Positions 28,046-37,707 of a stretch of DNA of 55,990 bases are shown here, piece by piece (within the stretch, counting starts at the first letter, position 1; every line of letters starts with the position of its first letter). The notes under the pieces were generated by a model that saw nothing but the letters and a program-made list of their open reading frames with translations, did not search any database and was not told the DNA's origin. The stretch is from contig CAXSEW010000001.1 of the NCBI GenBank assembly GCA_964236185.1, forward strand, positions 1 to 55,990, read 5' to 3'. The DNA is from an uncultured Nakamurella sp. (GTDB taxonomy: Bacteria > Actinomycetota > Actinomycetes > Mycobacteriales > Nakamurellaceae). The position numbers and the translations under genes were made by a program.

Positions 28046-30128
28046 ATGGCCGGTGAGACCACGACGGTCAGCATCGACGGCCTGCAGCTCAAGCTGACCA
28101 ACCTCGACAAGGTGCTCTACCCGGCGGCCGGCACCACCAAGGCCGACGTCATCAGCTACTACGTTGACGCCGATCGCCGATGCGGCGCTGCCGCATCTGA
28201 ACGGCCGGCCGGCCACCCGCATCCGCTGGCCCAACGGCACCGGCGCGTTGTCCTTTTTCGAGAAGGACCTCGGACCCGGCACACCGGAATGGATCGGCCG
28301 GGTCTCGGTGCGGCACAGCTCGGACGTGAAGGCCTACCCGCTGATCGAATCCGCGGCCGCGCTGGCCTGGCTCGGCCAGAACGGCGCCCTGGAACTGCAC
28401 GTCCCGCAATGGCGCATCGACCCCGACAATCCACGGTGGGTGCCCGCCGTCCGCTACCCAGACCGCGTCGTGTTCGACCTTGACCCCGGGCCCGGCGCCG
28501 GCCTGACCGAGTGCGCCGAGGTCGCGCTGCTCATCCGGGAACGCCTGGGCCTGCTGGGCGAGCGCCTGGTCGCCGTCAGCAGCGGCAGCAAGGGTCTGCA
28601 CCTGTACGCGCCGATGGACCAGCCGATCACCTCCAACGACGCCTCCGCATGGGCCAAGACCGTTGCAGAGCAGATCGTCCTGGCTATGCCAGGTCTCGCG
28701 GTGTCGCAGATGTCGAAAGCGCTGCGGGCAGGCAAGGTCTTCATCGACCACTCCCAGAACAACGGCAAGAAGACGACGATCTCGCCGTACTCCATGCGCG
28801 GCCGGGAGCAACCGTGGGTCGCGGCGCCCCGCACCTGGGCGGAGCTTGCGGAACCGGGCCTGCGCCACCTGCACTACCGAGAGGTGCTGGAGCGGCTGGA
28901 CGACGGTCTGGACCCGATGGCGGCCCTGCACCTGCAACCAGGAAAACAGCCGCTGCCGGCGATTCCCAGCGAACGGGCAGAGCGGCTGAATCGCGTCCGG
29001 GAACGACTGGCCGTCGGCAAGGCCGCCAAGGTGTCACCACCGGCGGTACCGGCACCACCAGCAGCAGTTCCAGCCCGAGTACCTCAGACCGACACCGAGC
29101 CGGCCATTCCGTCGTCCCGCACACGCTGGGCCAAGGTCGAACCGGTCGAGCCCGCCGGCGACGCTGTCTTACCGATGCTCGCTTCGCCGGGTAGCCCTGC
29201 CAGCCTGACGCCGGGGCGAGAGTGGCGTTTCGAGGGCAAGTACGACGGGATGCGGGCCATCGCCACCATCGCCCCCGACGGGTACGGGCTCACCAGCCGC
29301 AACGGCCGTGACGTGACCGCCACGTTCCCCGAGCTCGCCGAACTGCCGGCGCTGCTGCGTGGCCACCGCGCGGTGCTCGACGGGGAGATCGTTTGCCTGG
29401 ACCGCGACGGCCGGAGCAACTTCAGCCTGCTGCAGCAACGGATGCACATCACCAAACCGGCCGCCGTGGCCTTCGCCCGGACCAAAGCACCCGTCGTTTA
29501 CCTGATCTTCGACGTCATCTCCGTCGACGACGTCTCGCTGCTCCGCAAGCCCTACGACTCCCGCCGGCTGATCCTCGCCGCCCTGGAGATCGCAGGGAAG
29601 CGGTGCATCGTGCCGGACCAGCTCGACGGCACGCTGGAGGAGGTACTCGAGCTCACCCGCGACGCCCGCTGGGAAGGCATCATCGCGAAGCGGTCCGACT
29701 CGCTCTACCTGCCCGGTGCGCGCAGCTCCTCCTGGATAAAGATCAAGCACCTGCAGGAGATGGAGGCGGTGATCGTTGGGTGGCAGGGCGGCAACGGCGG
29801 CCGCAGCCAGTCCATCGGCGCTCTGCTGCTGGCCCAACCCAACGAGGCCGGATGGCATTACGTCGGCCAGGTGGGAACTGGATTCAGCCTGGCCGCGCGC
29901 AAGGACCTGAAGGAGCGGTTGGCACCACTGGCCGCCGCCCGCCCGCCTCACGGGCTCCGCATCGCGGCCAGCGAGGCCCGCGGCATCCACTGGGTCCGGC
30001 CGGAGCTGGTCGGCGAAGTCGCATATTCGGAGCTGACCGGGCCTGGCCATCTACGGCATCCATCGTGGCGTGGCCTGCGGCTGGACAAGGTTCGAAGCGC
30101 TCCTCGTCACGACGCGGCCGGCAGCTAG
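28046..30128 (+). pseudogene. ligD: LigD (primase-polymerase plus ATP-dependent ligase), frameshifted near 28163
   Basis: LTNLDKVLYP...TKADVISYY in one frame continues as IADAALPHLNGRP...FFEK...VFDLDPG...SGSKGLH in another; ligase motifs EGKYDGMR, EGIIAKR and LRHPSWRGLRLDK. Confidence 0.85.
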
Positions 30129-30192
30129 CCACGATGCCGCAGCGCAACCCCGCGGTCGGCGCCATCGGTTCCCTGCTCTGCGCCGTCTGTTG

Positions 30193-30600
30193 TCAGGCCT
30201 TTCGTCCTGTGGGTAGCCGACCTATCGGCGGGGTGAATGGTCGACCGTCGTTCTGCGTCCGTTGGATCTCGTCCAGGAGGGGGCTGAGGGCTTGCTCGAA
30301 CAGCCCGCCCAGCGTCTTTGACACTCCGGTGATTCGGCCCTCGTTGGCTGCGGCGACGACACCTCGCGCTCGGTTCCAGATGTCGTTATCCAGGTAGACG
30401 GATCGCAATCGTGGGACCGAGGGATCTTCCGATGCTTGGGTTGGCGGCGGCTGGTCCGGGTCGGGCGCCGTCAGGTATTCGGAGGTGTCGATGGGTGCGA
30501 TGTCGGGTGGTGGTGGCCCTGCAGGTCGTCGACGTCGACCGCCGCCGGTTTGGGCCCGGGCGTCAGGGGCGTTGGTTGTGGGTCGGGCGCGGGGCGGCAT
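30193..30600 (-). CDS. Ribbon-helix-helix / actinobacterial plasmid ParB-like small DNA-binding protein
   Basis: Disordered N-terminus, then RSVYLDNDIWNRARGVV...TLGGLFEQAL...EIQRTQNDGRPF; RBS GAAGGAG. Confidence 0.55.
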   Translation of the reverse strand: MPPRARPTTNAPDARAQTGGGRRRRPAGPPPPDIAPIDTSEYLTAPDPDQPPPTQASEDPSVPRLRSVYLDNDIWNRARGVVAAANEGRITGVSKTLGGLFEQALSPLLDEIQRTQNDGRPFTPPIGRLPTGRKA

Positions 30601-30639
30601 GGAACGGCTCCTTCGGTGTTGGACAGAAATAGCCGGTGT

Positions 30640-31281
30640 TCAGGTCAGCTCGAGCGCGACGGCCCGGGCGAGTTCGTCGGGGTCGACCGGGACGAGGTAG
30701 CCCAGACCGGTGAGGGGGAGCTCAGTTTCCTTTTCCTCCCAGTGCACTTGAGTTGCTGCCCATGACGGGTTTTCCTCCTCGAGCCGCCTGCGGTCGCCGG
30801 CGGTGACCCGCCGCAAGATAGGCCCCGCAACAGTTTTCGTGGCGTATCGCGCTTTCACCCGGCCGACGAGGGCGTCGTGGTCGGCGCGGGTGCTGGAGAA
30901 GTCGACGAGCACCACCGGTACGCGGGCCCGGGCGAGGTGCCAGGCTTGGGTTCGGTCCCGGACCGTGGTCCAACCTCTGGAGTGCATGGCCGCGGCGATT
31001 GCGTCGAAGAGGGCTTCGCCGGCGCCGGCGCCGCGGAGGAACACTGCGGGTCGGGGTCCGGGATCTGGACCGGCGACGGGTTGGGCCGTCAGTAGGGCGT
31101 AGATCTGCTTGCGGTTGGTGACGCCCAGCGCCGCGGCTATTTCGGTTTTCGGCATCCCCTCGGCGACCAGGTCCCGGACCGCCTGTCGGTGTGCCTCTTC
31201 GGCGGCCGCGATCGCGGATCGGGTGGCGCCCAGTCGCTGCTGGGCGAGCTGCATGATCGTCGGTTCGGGATCGGTGGTCAT
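30640..31281 (-). CDS. HTH-containing hypothetical protein
   Basis: AVRDLVAEGMPKTEIAAALGVTNRKQIYALL; RBS AGGAG upstream of the ATG at 31281. Confidence 0.65.
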   Translation of the reverse strand: MTTDPEPTIMQLAQQRLGATRSAIAAAEEAHRQAVRDLVAEGMPKTEIAAALGVTNRKQIYALLTAQPVAGPDPGPRPAVFLRGAGAGEALFDAIAAAMHSRGWTTVRDRTQAWHLARARVPVVLVDFSSTRADHDALVGRVKARYATKTVAGPILRRVTAGDRRRLEEENPSWAATQVHWEEKETELPLTGLGYLVPVDPDELARAVALELT

Positions 31282-31477
31282 GTTGTGCTCCTGAAGTTGG
31301 ACGAAAGCGTGGCCAGAGCGGGGCTGCCGGCCGGCGCAGTGGGCCCGGTCGGCGCGCGGCCCGTAGCCGGACCGGGGGATCCGCGCGGGCTCGGCGGCGA
31401 CGGGTGCAGGTTCGCCTCGATGCATCCCGTGGGTGAAGGTGGTGCGCTGGCTGACGGCGATGGCGCTGGTTGGCCGT

Positions 31478-32809
31478 TCATTGCGCGGGAGTCGGGGTCA
31501 GCTTGGCCCTGGTGATCACCGTCTGGTCGACGTCGTCGAAAACCTCGTGGGCTTTGACCCGGCCGGCGACTGTGTAGGTCTCGCCGAGGTTTACGTCTCT
31601 GCTGCCGGTGGCGAACCATTTGATCGCGTGACCGTCAACCGTTTGGAAGATGATCAGCGTCTTCGGTCCGTAGTGGCCCTCGACTACTTTCACCGTCGTC
31701 ACGGTGGCGACGACGCCGACGATCTTGTCCTCCGCGGGTGCCAGGAAACCCGGTGCCCAGGATGCCTTCTGCGCGCGGCGGGTCAGTTCGTTGTAGTGGA
31801 TCTTCACCAGGGAGGCGATGAGCGCCACGTGGCGCAGGTCGCAGAACTCGAGGTCGACCAGAGCGCGGACGTTGCGGGCGTAGTCGCTTTCCCCTGCCAG
31901 CGCCCGGCCGGTGGCCAATACCGCGTCCAGCTCGGCCTGCTCCTCGACGATCGCCGCGGCGAGCTGCTGCATCTCTGCTCGCCACGCGGCCTCCGAGCCG
32001 GTGCCTTTCTGGTCGAACAGGACGCTCATCACGTCGTCAGCTGTGGCGCGGCCACCGAACTGGACCGCGCTGCGGGTGGTGAAGGATCGGCCGTGATCGG
32101 ATACTGCCAATGCGTGGGCGAGGATGTCCCGGACCGGCACCCGGAGGTCGCCGGCCGCGGCGGCCAAGTTCTCGGCGCCGCTGATTGTCGGTTCGAGATC
32201 GAACTGCAACGCCCACAGTCCCGCAGGCCGAACGCCCAGAAACGCTGCGATGCAGTTGGACCCGACCTGCTTGAGCTGGCCGTCGGCGCCCCGGCGGATG
32301 ACGTAGGTGTCCTTCCGGGACCGCTGGGTGTGGCAGTGGTCGCACAGACGATCGGTCCGCACTACGGCACCGTCCAGGCTCCTACCGGGCACGGTGCGGA
32401 TGATCACGGCGTCGTCCTCGTGGACGAGGGTAGCGACGAACTGCCAGCCGGCGACGGAGATCAGGGCGCGGTTGAGGGTCAGTGTCGTCATGGAGCGGTA
32501 CACGGTGCGCTGTGCGCCGCTGTCCAGCGTCACGAGCTTCGGCTCGACCGTCTCGGTGGTGCTGTAGGTGAAGCGCTCGGCGACACCGGCCCGGGCCAGC
32601 TTCCGGTTGGCGGTCTCGATGGCTTTGACTGCGGCTGGGGTGCGGTAGGTCTCGAAGTGGAACGAGGTGGTGCAGGCCGTCGAGTGGTGCTGGACGGGTT
32701 CGACCGACCGTTGCTCGAGCAGCCCGGTGTCGCCTGCGGCGGCTTCCATGATCTCGACCATGCCGCCTCCTTCCGTAATGATCTCCACTCGATCCTCCAA
32801 CCGTACCAT
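31478..32809 (-). CDS. Phage-like protein with a Zn-binding CDHC...C motif and a C-terminal OB-fold-like domain
   Basis: CDHCHTQRSRKDTYV...QVGSNCIAAFLG; C-terminal YGPKTLIIF...IKWFAT...VAGRVKAHEVF..QTVITR. Start may be downstream. Confidence 0.7.
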   Translation of the reverse strand: MVRLEDRVEIITEGGGMVEIMEAAAGDTGLLEQRSVEPVQHHSTACTTSFHFETYRTPAAVKAIETANRKLARAGVAERFTYSTTETVEPKLVTLDSGAQRTVYRSMTTLTLNRALISVAGWQFVATLVHEDDAVIIRTVPGRSLDGAVVRTDRLCDHCHTQRSRKDTYVIRRGADGQLKQVGSNCIAAFLGVRPAGLWALQFDLEPTISGAENLAAAAGDLRVPVRDILAHALAVSDHGRSFTTRSAVQFGGRATADDVMSVLFDQKGTGSEAAWRAEMQQLAAAIVEEQAELDAVLATGRALAGESDYARNVRALVDLEFCDLRHVALIASLVKIHYNELTRRAQKASWAPGFLAPAEDKIVGVVATVTTVKVVEGHYGPKTLIIFQTVDGHAIKWFATGSRDVNLGETYTVAGRVKAHEVFDDVDQTVITRAKLTPTPAQ

Positions 32810-32950
32810 GCTGCTACATGTAATAAACTCAAGAGGTGGTCATGTTCTGGGTGGCGGTCGACCGGTTCTGCGGGACCGGAGCGAGGACGGCGCCCGGGCG
32901 AGACCTGGAAGTTGGCGATCGCGGCTTCGCCGAGGCATTGCCCTGGCGCG

Positions 32951-33235
32951 TCAGCGGGTAACGATGTCGCTGCGGTCCTGGTCTGTGCGGTCGGCGCGCA
33001 GTTCCTGGGACAAGTTGGCGGCGACCTGCTGCACTGTCTGGGCGATGAATACGTTGTCCCGCATGCCATGTAGGTCGACGTGGCCGCCGTGCGTGGTACC
33101 CGCCGGCGTCTGGATCCACCACTTGATCGGCTCGTCTGTTGCCATGTCGTGAAGGTGCTGCCCGAGCGCTGCGGCCACGGCTTCGGGGGTCGATGCGGCC
33201 GTGTTAAGGCCTGCGGTGGTCCGAACGGTGAACAT
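32951..33235 (-). CDS. Small hypothetical protein
   Basis: RBS-like GAAGGGA upstream; part of the same-strand gene run. Confidence 0.55.
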   Translation of the reverse strand: MFTVRTTAGLNTAASTPEAVAAALGQHLHDMATDEPIKWWIQTPAGTTHGGHVDLHGMRDNVFIAQTVQQVAANLSQELRADRTDQDRSDIVTR

Positions 33236-33379
33236 GGTCAGGATCCCTTCTGTGCGTTGTTGCTCGTGAAGTGATGGTCGACCGCCGGGCCTGGATCGGC
33301 CAGTGTCAACGCAGAAATGTGGACAACTCCGGCGAGTGGGGGGCGCCGGCGGCCGTCGTCAAGGCGGCCCGGCGGCGTC

Positions 33380-34060
33380 TCACGGCATGCTGTGCCGGCC
33401 GGCGGTGGCCGCCTGCGCTGCGATCGCCTGGTACTGCCGCAGAAGCGTTCCGTGCGCCTCTGCCGGCGGTAGGTCGGTGAACCGGCCAGCGAAGGCCTCG
33501 AGCTGCTCCCGCATGGATGCGCAGGCGGCTACTAGGTGGTCGTCGGTGATGCCGGCGAGAAGCCACGCGGCCGGAGCGGCCACGGCGGCTGGAGCGGTCA
33601 GCAGGGCCGTCCGGATCCGGTCGGATGCGGTCCATTCCGAATCGAGCTTGTCGGTGTCGTCCGGGCTGCCGCCGGACTGTGCGTTGCTTTGCCGGTCGCT
33701 GGTCACCATGTCGTGGTGAACTGCCCAGACCGCGACGGCGGGCGAGGTGGCGAATGCCGTGTCGCCGTAGACGGTGGCTTCGCCGTCCTCGAAGCACGAG
33801 TCGTAGCTGCTGACGGCGGCCTGGCCGTCGATCAGGTCGCCGGCGTGGTCGACGGACAAGATGAGCAGATCGCTGGTGCTGCGCAGCCCGGTGATCGCGT
33901 AGCACCGGAGGTCCACCGGTACTCCGGCGATGTCGCTGACGGCGATCACCCTGGCGTTCGCGTTCTGGTCGGCCACGGTCGAGATGGCTTCTTGAAGGGT
34001 CTCGGCCCGCACGCTGATCGTCTGCATGGTCAGTACCTGTGCGGTGTAACTGGTTTCCAT
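33380..34060 (-). CDS. Hypothetical protein
   Basis: ATG at 34060 with a GGAAGG RBS; typical codon pattern. Confidence 0.6.
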   Translation of the reverse strand: METSYTAQVLTMQTISVRAETLQEAISTVADQNANARVIAVSDIAGVPVDLRCYAITGLRSTSDLLILSVDHAGDLIDGQAAVSSYDSCFEDGEATVYGDTAFATSPAVAVWAVHHDMVTSDRQSNAQSGGSPDDTDKLDSEWTASDRIRTALLTAPAAVAAPAAWLLAGITDDHLVAACASMREQLEAFAGRFTDLPPAEAHGTLLRQYQAIAAQAATAGRHSMP

Positions 34061-34101
34061 CGAACTGCCTTCCGGTTTGCTGGGGACATTCGGGCGCGGT
34101 G

Positions 34102-34139
34102 CCCGGTGGGCGGCCAGTTCGCCTGGCCGACCACCAGGG
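34102..34139 (-). terminator. Stem-loop between the 34144 and 33380 genes
   Basis: CCCGGTGGGCGGCCAG-TTCGC-CTGGCCGACCACCAGGG immediately after the 34144 stop; no U-tract. Confidence 0.5.
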
Positions 34140-34143
34140 GTTT

Positions 34144-34629
34144 TCACGCGGGCCGATGCCGAGGTGCCTGGTCGAATTTCGGTAGGACCATCGGCGCCAT
34201 CCGCAGCACTGACCGCCAGGCGTCGGTTAGGGAGGCGTGGCTTTCCCTGTCCGCCACGATCCAGGTCAGATAGCCGATGCGGAGCACCAGTTCCCGGCGG
34301 TGGGGATCGAAGATGGACCTGACCTTGTCCTGGCCGTAGGCGCGGATGGCGATGCCGGGCTGCCCGGGGGACAGCACTTCCACGTCGGCGTCCCGTCTGA
34401 TCGGAAGCTGCAACGCCCACTCTCCGGACCAGACCCACGCCTGGGCGTAGGTCTTGGCCGCCTTTCGGTCGTGCACGGTGATCATCACGTTCGGTGTGGT
34501 GATCACAATGTGCGATCCGGCCCCGCCTGTCCCGTGGGTGTCGATGTGCACCGTCTGTGGTCCGCTGACGATGAGCGTCGCCGCCAGCGTCTGGAAAGCG
34601 TTGTCGGAGTTGTTGAGTCCCATGAGCAT
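34144..34629 (-). CDS. Hypothetical protein
   Basis: First gene of the minus-strand run; AT-rich promoter-like sequence at about 34670-34690. Confidence 0.6.
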   Translation of the reverse strand: MLMGLNNSDNAFQTLAATLIVSGPQTVHIDTHGTGGAGSHIVITTPNVMITVHDRKAAKTYAQAWVWSGEWALQLPIRRDADVEVLSPGQPGIAIRAYGQDKVRSIFDPHRRELVLRIGYLTWIVADRESHASLTDAWRSVLRMAPMVLPKFDQAPRHRPA

Positions 34630-35008
34630 TTCCGTTCTCGATCCGAGGGACCATCTCCCTCTTGGTGTACCCCAATACTACATTTAAATCTGGTCGCGGT
34701 CAAGGTCGTTGGACGACTTTCTTGACCGCATCACCAAGTGCCACCAGGGGAGTGGTGTTACGGTCACGGGCTGGTCGTTAGCTCCAGTTCAGCCGAGCCG
34801 GTGACTGCCAGACCGTGCTGCAGGTCCGGCACAGGACATACTCTGGCCCCGTCATGTCGCCGAGGTCGCTCCAGCCGTTGGTCGAGGCGGTCAGGCTGTC
34901 CTGATTCATTCAGCCGGCCGCCGACCTACGTCCAACACACCGGCTGGTGGGCGTCTCCGATGACCGTGGACCGACACCGGCCTTCACGGCTGTCTGGCCA
35001 ACTTCGGC

Positions 35009-35240
35009 ATGACCGACACATTGCAGTTCAAAGGGGGCGGCACCACCACAACGCTCACAGTCCACGACGGCGGCTGCACCGGAACTTCATTCGTCACCAA
35101 GTCTCGGTCCTTCCCCGACCTCGAGGACACCGTGCTGCATGCCGAACTCGTCAAACTGCTCGAACTACCGGATTCGTACACCCAATATGGTAAACCAGCC
35201 GTCATGTGGTCTGTGACCGTGACGATGGTTCACGATGCTA
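35009..35240 (+). pseudogene. Short ORF running into the IS630 end
   Basis: The ORF reads across the CTAG junction and stops inside the IS. Confidence 0.4.
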
Positions 35241-36302
35241 GTGGTCTGTGATTGAAGTCGTTTTGCGGTTGGCTTTCTTCAGGATTTGGTCGGCGGTTTT
35301 GGTCCAGACGAACGGGTGGGACCGGTCGTTCCAGCCGTTGATGAAGCCGCGGATCTTGCCCACCAGCTCGCTGACGGAGGTGAAGGTGCCGCGGTGTATC
35401 GCCTGCCGTTCGATGATGCCGAACCAGACTTCGACGAGGTTCATCCAGGAAGCGGAGGTCGGGGTGAAGTGAACCTGGATCCGCGGGTTGTCCGCCAGCC
35501 ACGTCTTGACCTCGACCCGCTTATGGGCGGCGTAGTTGTCCATCACCAGGTGCAGCTCCTGGGTCGGGTAGGCCTTCGCGACCTGTTTGAGGAACCGCAG
35601 GAACTCCTGGTGCCGGTGCCGCGGCTGGCACAACCCGGTGACCTGACCGGTCGCGATGTCCAACGCGGCGAACAGGGTGGTGGTGCCGTGCCGGACGTAG
35701 TCGTGGGTTCGTTTCTCCGGCACGAACGGTTGCATCGGCAGCATCGGAGCTGTCCGGTCCAAAGCTTGGATCTGCGACTTCTCGTCCACGCACAGCACTA
35801 TCGCGTTCTCCGGCGGCGCCAGATACAGCCCGACGATGTCGGTGATCTTCGCGACCAGCTCCGGGTCGGTGGAAAACTTGAACGTCTCCGACCGCCACGG
35901 CTGCACCCCAGCCTCCCGCCACGCCTTGGCGACGGTGGAGTTGCTGGTCTTAAGGTGATCGGCCAGCAACCTCGACGACCAGTGAGTGATCCCCAGCTTC
36001 TTCGGCGGCGGTGTCAGGGTGACCGCGATGATCTTCAACCGGTCCACCTCCCGCGGCCGGCCAGACCGCGGTTCATCGACCAACCCGTTGATCCCGTCGG
36101 CGTCATACCGCGCCCGCCACGACGTCACCGTCGGCCGCGACACCCCGACCAACGCGGCGATCGCGGTGTTGCTCACCCCGTCAGCGGCCAACAAAACGAT
36201 CCTTGCCCGCTGCGCCAGACCTGCCCTGATCGAGGAGGACCGAGTCCACTCCGTCAACCGCCGCCGGTCCCCGGACCGCAATGAAAGCGCCGCTACTCGC
36301 AT
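35238..36302 (-). CDS. IS630 transposase
   Basis: RARIVLLAADG HTH, CVDEKSQIQALDR, LVMDNYAAHK and SASWMNLVEVWF (DDE); the stop codon uses the terminal TAG. Confidence 0.95.
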   Translation of the reverse strand: MRVAALSLRSGDRRRLTEWTRSSSIRAGLAQRARIVLLAADGVSNTAIAALVGVSRPTVTSWRARYDADGINGLVDEPRSGRPREVDRLKIIAVTLTPPPKKLGITHWSSRLLADHLKTSNSTVAKAWREAGVQPWRSETFKFSTDPELVAKITDIVGLYLAPPENAIVLCVDEKSQIQALDRTAPMLPMQPFVPEKRTHDYVRHGTTTLFAALDIATGQVTGLCQPRHRHQEFLRFLKQVAKAYPTQELHLVMDNYAAHKRVEVKTWLADNPRIQVHFTPTSASWMNLVEVWFGIIERQAIHRGTFTSVSELVGKIRGFINGWNDRSHPFVWTKTADQILKKANRKTTSITDH

Positions 36303-36354
36303 GCATCATTGTCCCAAACACAACCGCCAAGCTATTTACGACACACCCTACTAG
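35238..36354 (-). mobile_element. IS630-family insertion sequence
   Basis: CTAG at both ends (35238-41 and 36351-54), weak terminal IRs (TAGTGGTCTGTG vs TAGGGTGTGTCG), transposase inside. Confidence 0.85.
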
Positions 36355-36490
36355 TGTCCGTAAACTCGTATCCGCATGCTCGGCGAGGTTATGAGACGTT
36401 GTAATACACGAGTCACGTGACACTTTCACCACCGCAACAACAGTCACTTTGCGCCCAACTGGTGCGACACCTGGATCGGTTACAACGCCG
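36355..36490. other. res-like site remnant 1
   Basis: TGTCCGTAAACTCGTAT, GTTATGAGAC and TGTAATACACGAG share motifs with 39175-39340 and 53268-53450. Confidence 0.5.
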
Positions 36491-36727
36491 ACGGCCTGTC
36501 GATTCCGGGTGAATCCTGACCCGGGTGTTCCTCGAACCCGCCCGGAACCAGTGGGTCCAGATTCAACCGGAGTTGACATGGCCGATGCCGCCGGCGCTCC
36601 TGGTGGAGCCGAATGGCTACTCAACGCTTGCCCGTAAACCGATCCGCGACTGGGCAGCCGTCCCCCCGGGTCGCGATGCATCGTTGATGGGTCCCTTGCT
36701 GTACGGCAAGCGCCGAAGGCAATCGAG

Positions 36728-36949
36728 CTACTTGCTGCGGTGCTGCCGTCGGGAGTACGAGATCCAGGTGATGACACCGCTGATGACGAACACCACGCCC
36801 ACGACCCAGCGGATGGCTTGCACACCTGACGAGCCTGATGTGAAAGGAATCGTGGCGAGCCAAGCGATGCCGACTACGAGGAAGATCGGACCGGTCCATC
36901 GGGCCCACCACTGCTGGAAAGCGGAAGGCCGGACTGGGCTTGAGGTCAC
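36728..36949 (-). CDS. Small two-TM membrane protein
   Basis: Two hydrophobic helices and a basic C-terminus. Confidence 0.55.
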   Translation of the reverse strand: MTSSPVRPSAFQQWWARWTGPIFLVVGIAWLATIPFTSGSSGVQAIRWVVGVVFVISGVITWISYSRRQHRSK

Positions 36950-36973
36950 CGGTGCAGTCTGGACGAGACTTTG

Positions 36974-37429
36974 ATGTACGGCAAGCGCCCGTCGACCACC
37001 CGCAGTTGGCCCCTGGCCTTCGGCTACGTCCGCGTCTCCACCGTCGACCAGGTCGAGAACGGCGCGAGCCTCGACGCACAGCGGATCGCCCTCATCGCCG
37101 AGGTCGACCGCCGCGGCTGGGAGCTCGAGCTTGTCGCCGACGAGGCCTGTCCATCAAGAACATGAACCGGCCCGCATTGCTCGCCGCGCTCACCCGGCTC
37201 GACCGCGGCGACGCCGACGCCCTGATCGCGATCCGGCTCGACCGGATCTCCCGGTCCGTCGCCGACTTCGCTGGCCGGCTCGACCGTGCCGGTCGCAAGG
37301 GTTGGGACTAGTCCTACTGTCGCCCGCGCTGGACCTCGCCGATCCAGCAGGCAGGTTCACCGCCAACGTCCTCGCCTCGGCCGCGCAGTACGAGCGCGAG
37401 CTGATCAGCGCCCACACTCGCGAGGGGAT
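36974..37429 (+). pseudogene. Serine recombinase (resolvase family), frameshifted and 3'-truncated
   Basis: GYVRVSTVDQ (catalytic Ser), SLDAQR, then other frames give NRPAL...IRLDRISRS and AGRFTANVLASAAQYERELISAHTREG; two frameshifts; homology ends at about 37428. Confidence 0.88.
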
Positions 37430-37707
37430 CGTCGATCGGTTCGGGGTTCGCTCGGTGGGACATCCACGCCTGGCAGGCTGGAGGAATTCTAAACACCGGT
37501 CGGAAGGCCGAATACGTCAACAACTCTGATCGGCTGCCCTTCGGTGGAGTAGGCGTACACGACGAGGAAGCCGGTTTGCTGCCCGGCGGCGCGACGGTCC
37601 GCTCGACCCTTGCGAGGGGCATGAGCGTGAAGCAAATACCGGTCGGCGGCTGTTGGGGTGGAACCTGCAGGTGGGCGGGCCACGTATGTAGGGGCGAAGG
37701 GGTGGTC

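Noticed and set aside
31433-33073. 546-aa plus-strand ORF
   Set aside because: Antisense shadow of the motif-bearing minus-strand genes; such shadows are common in high-GC DNA.
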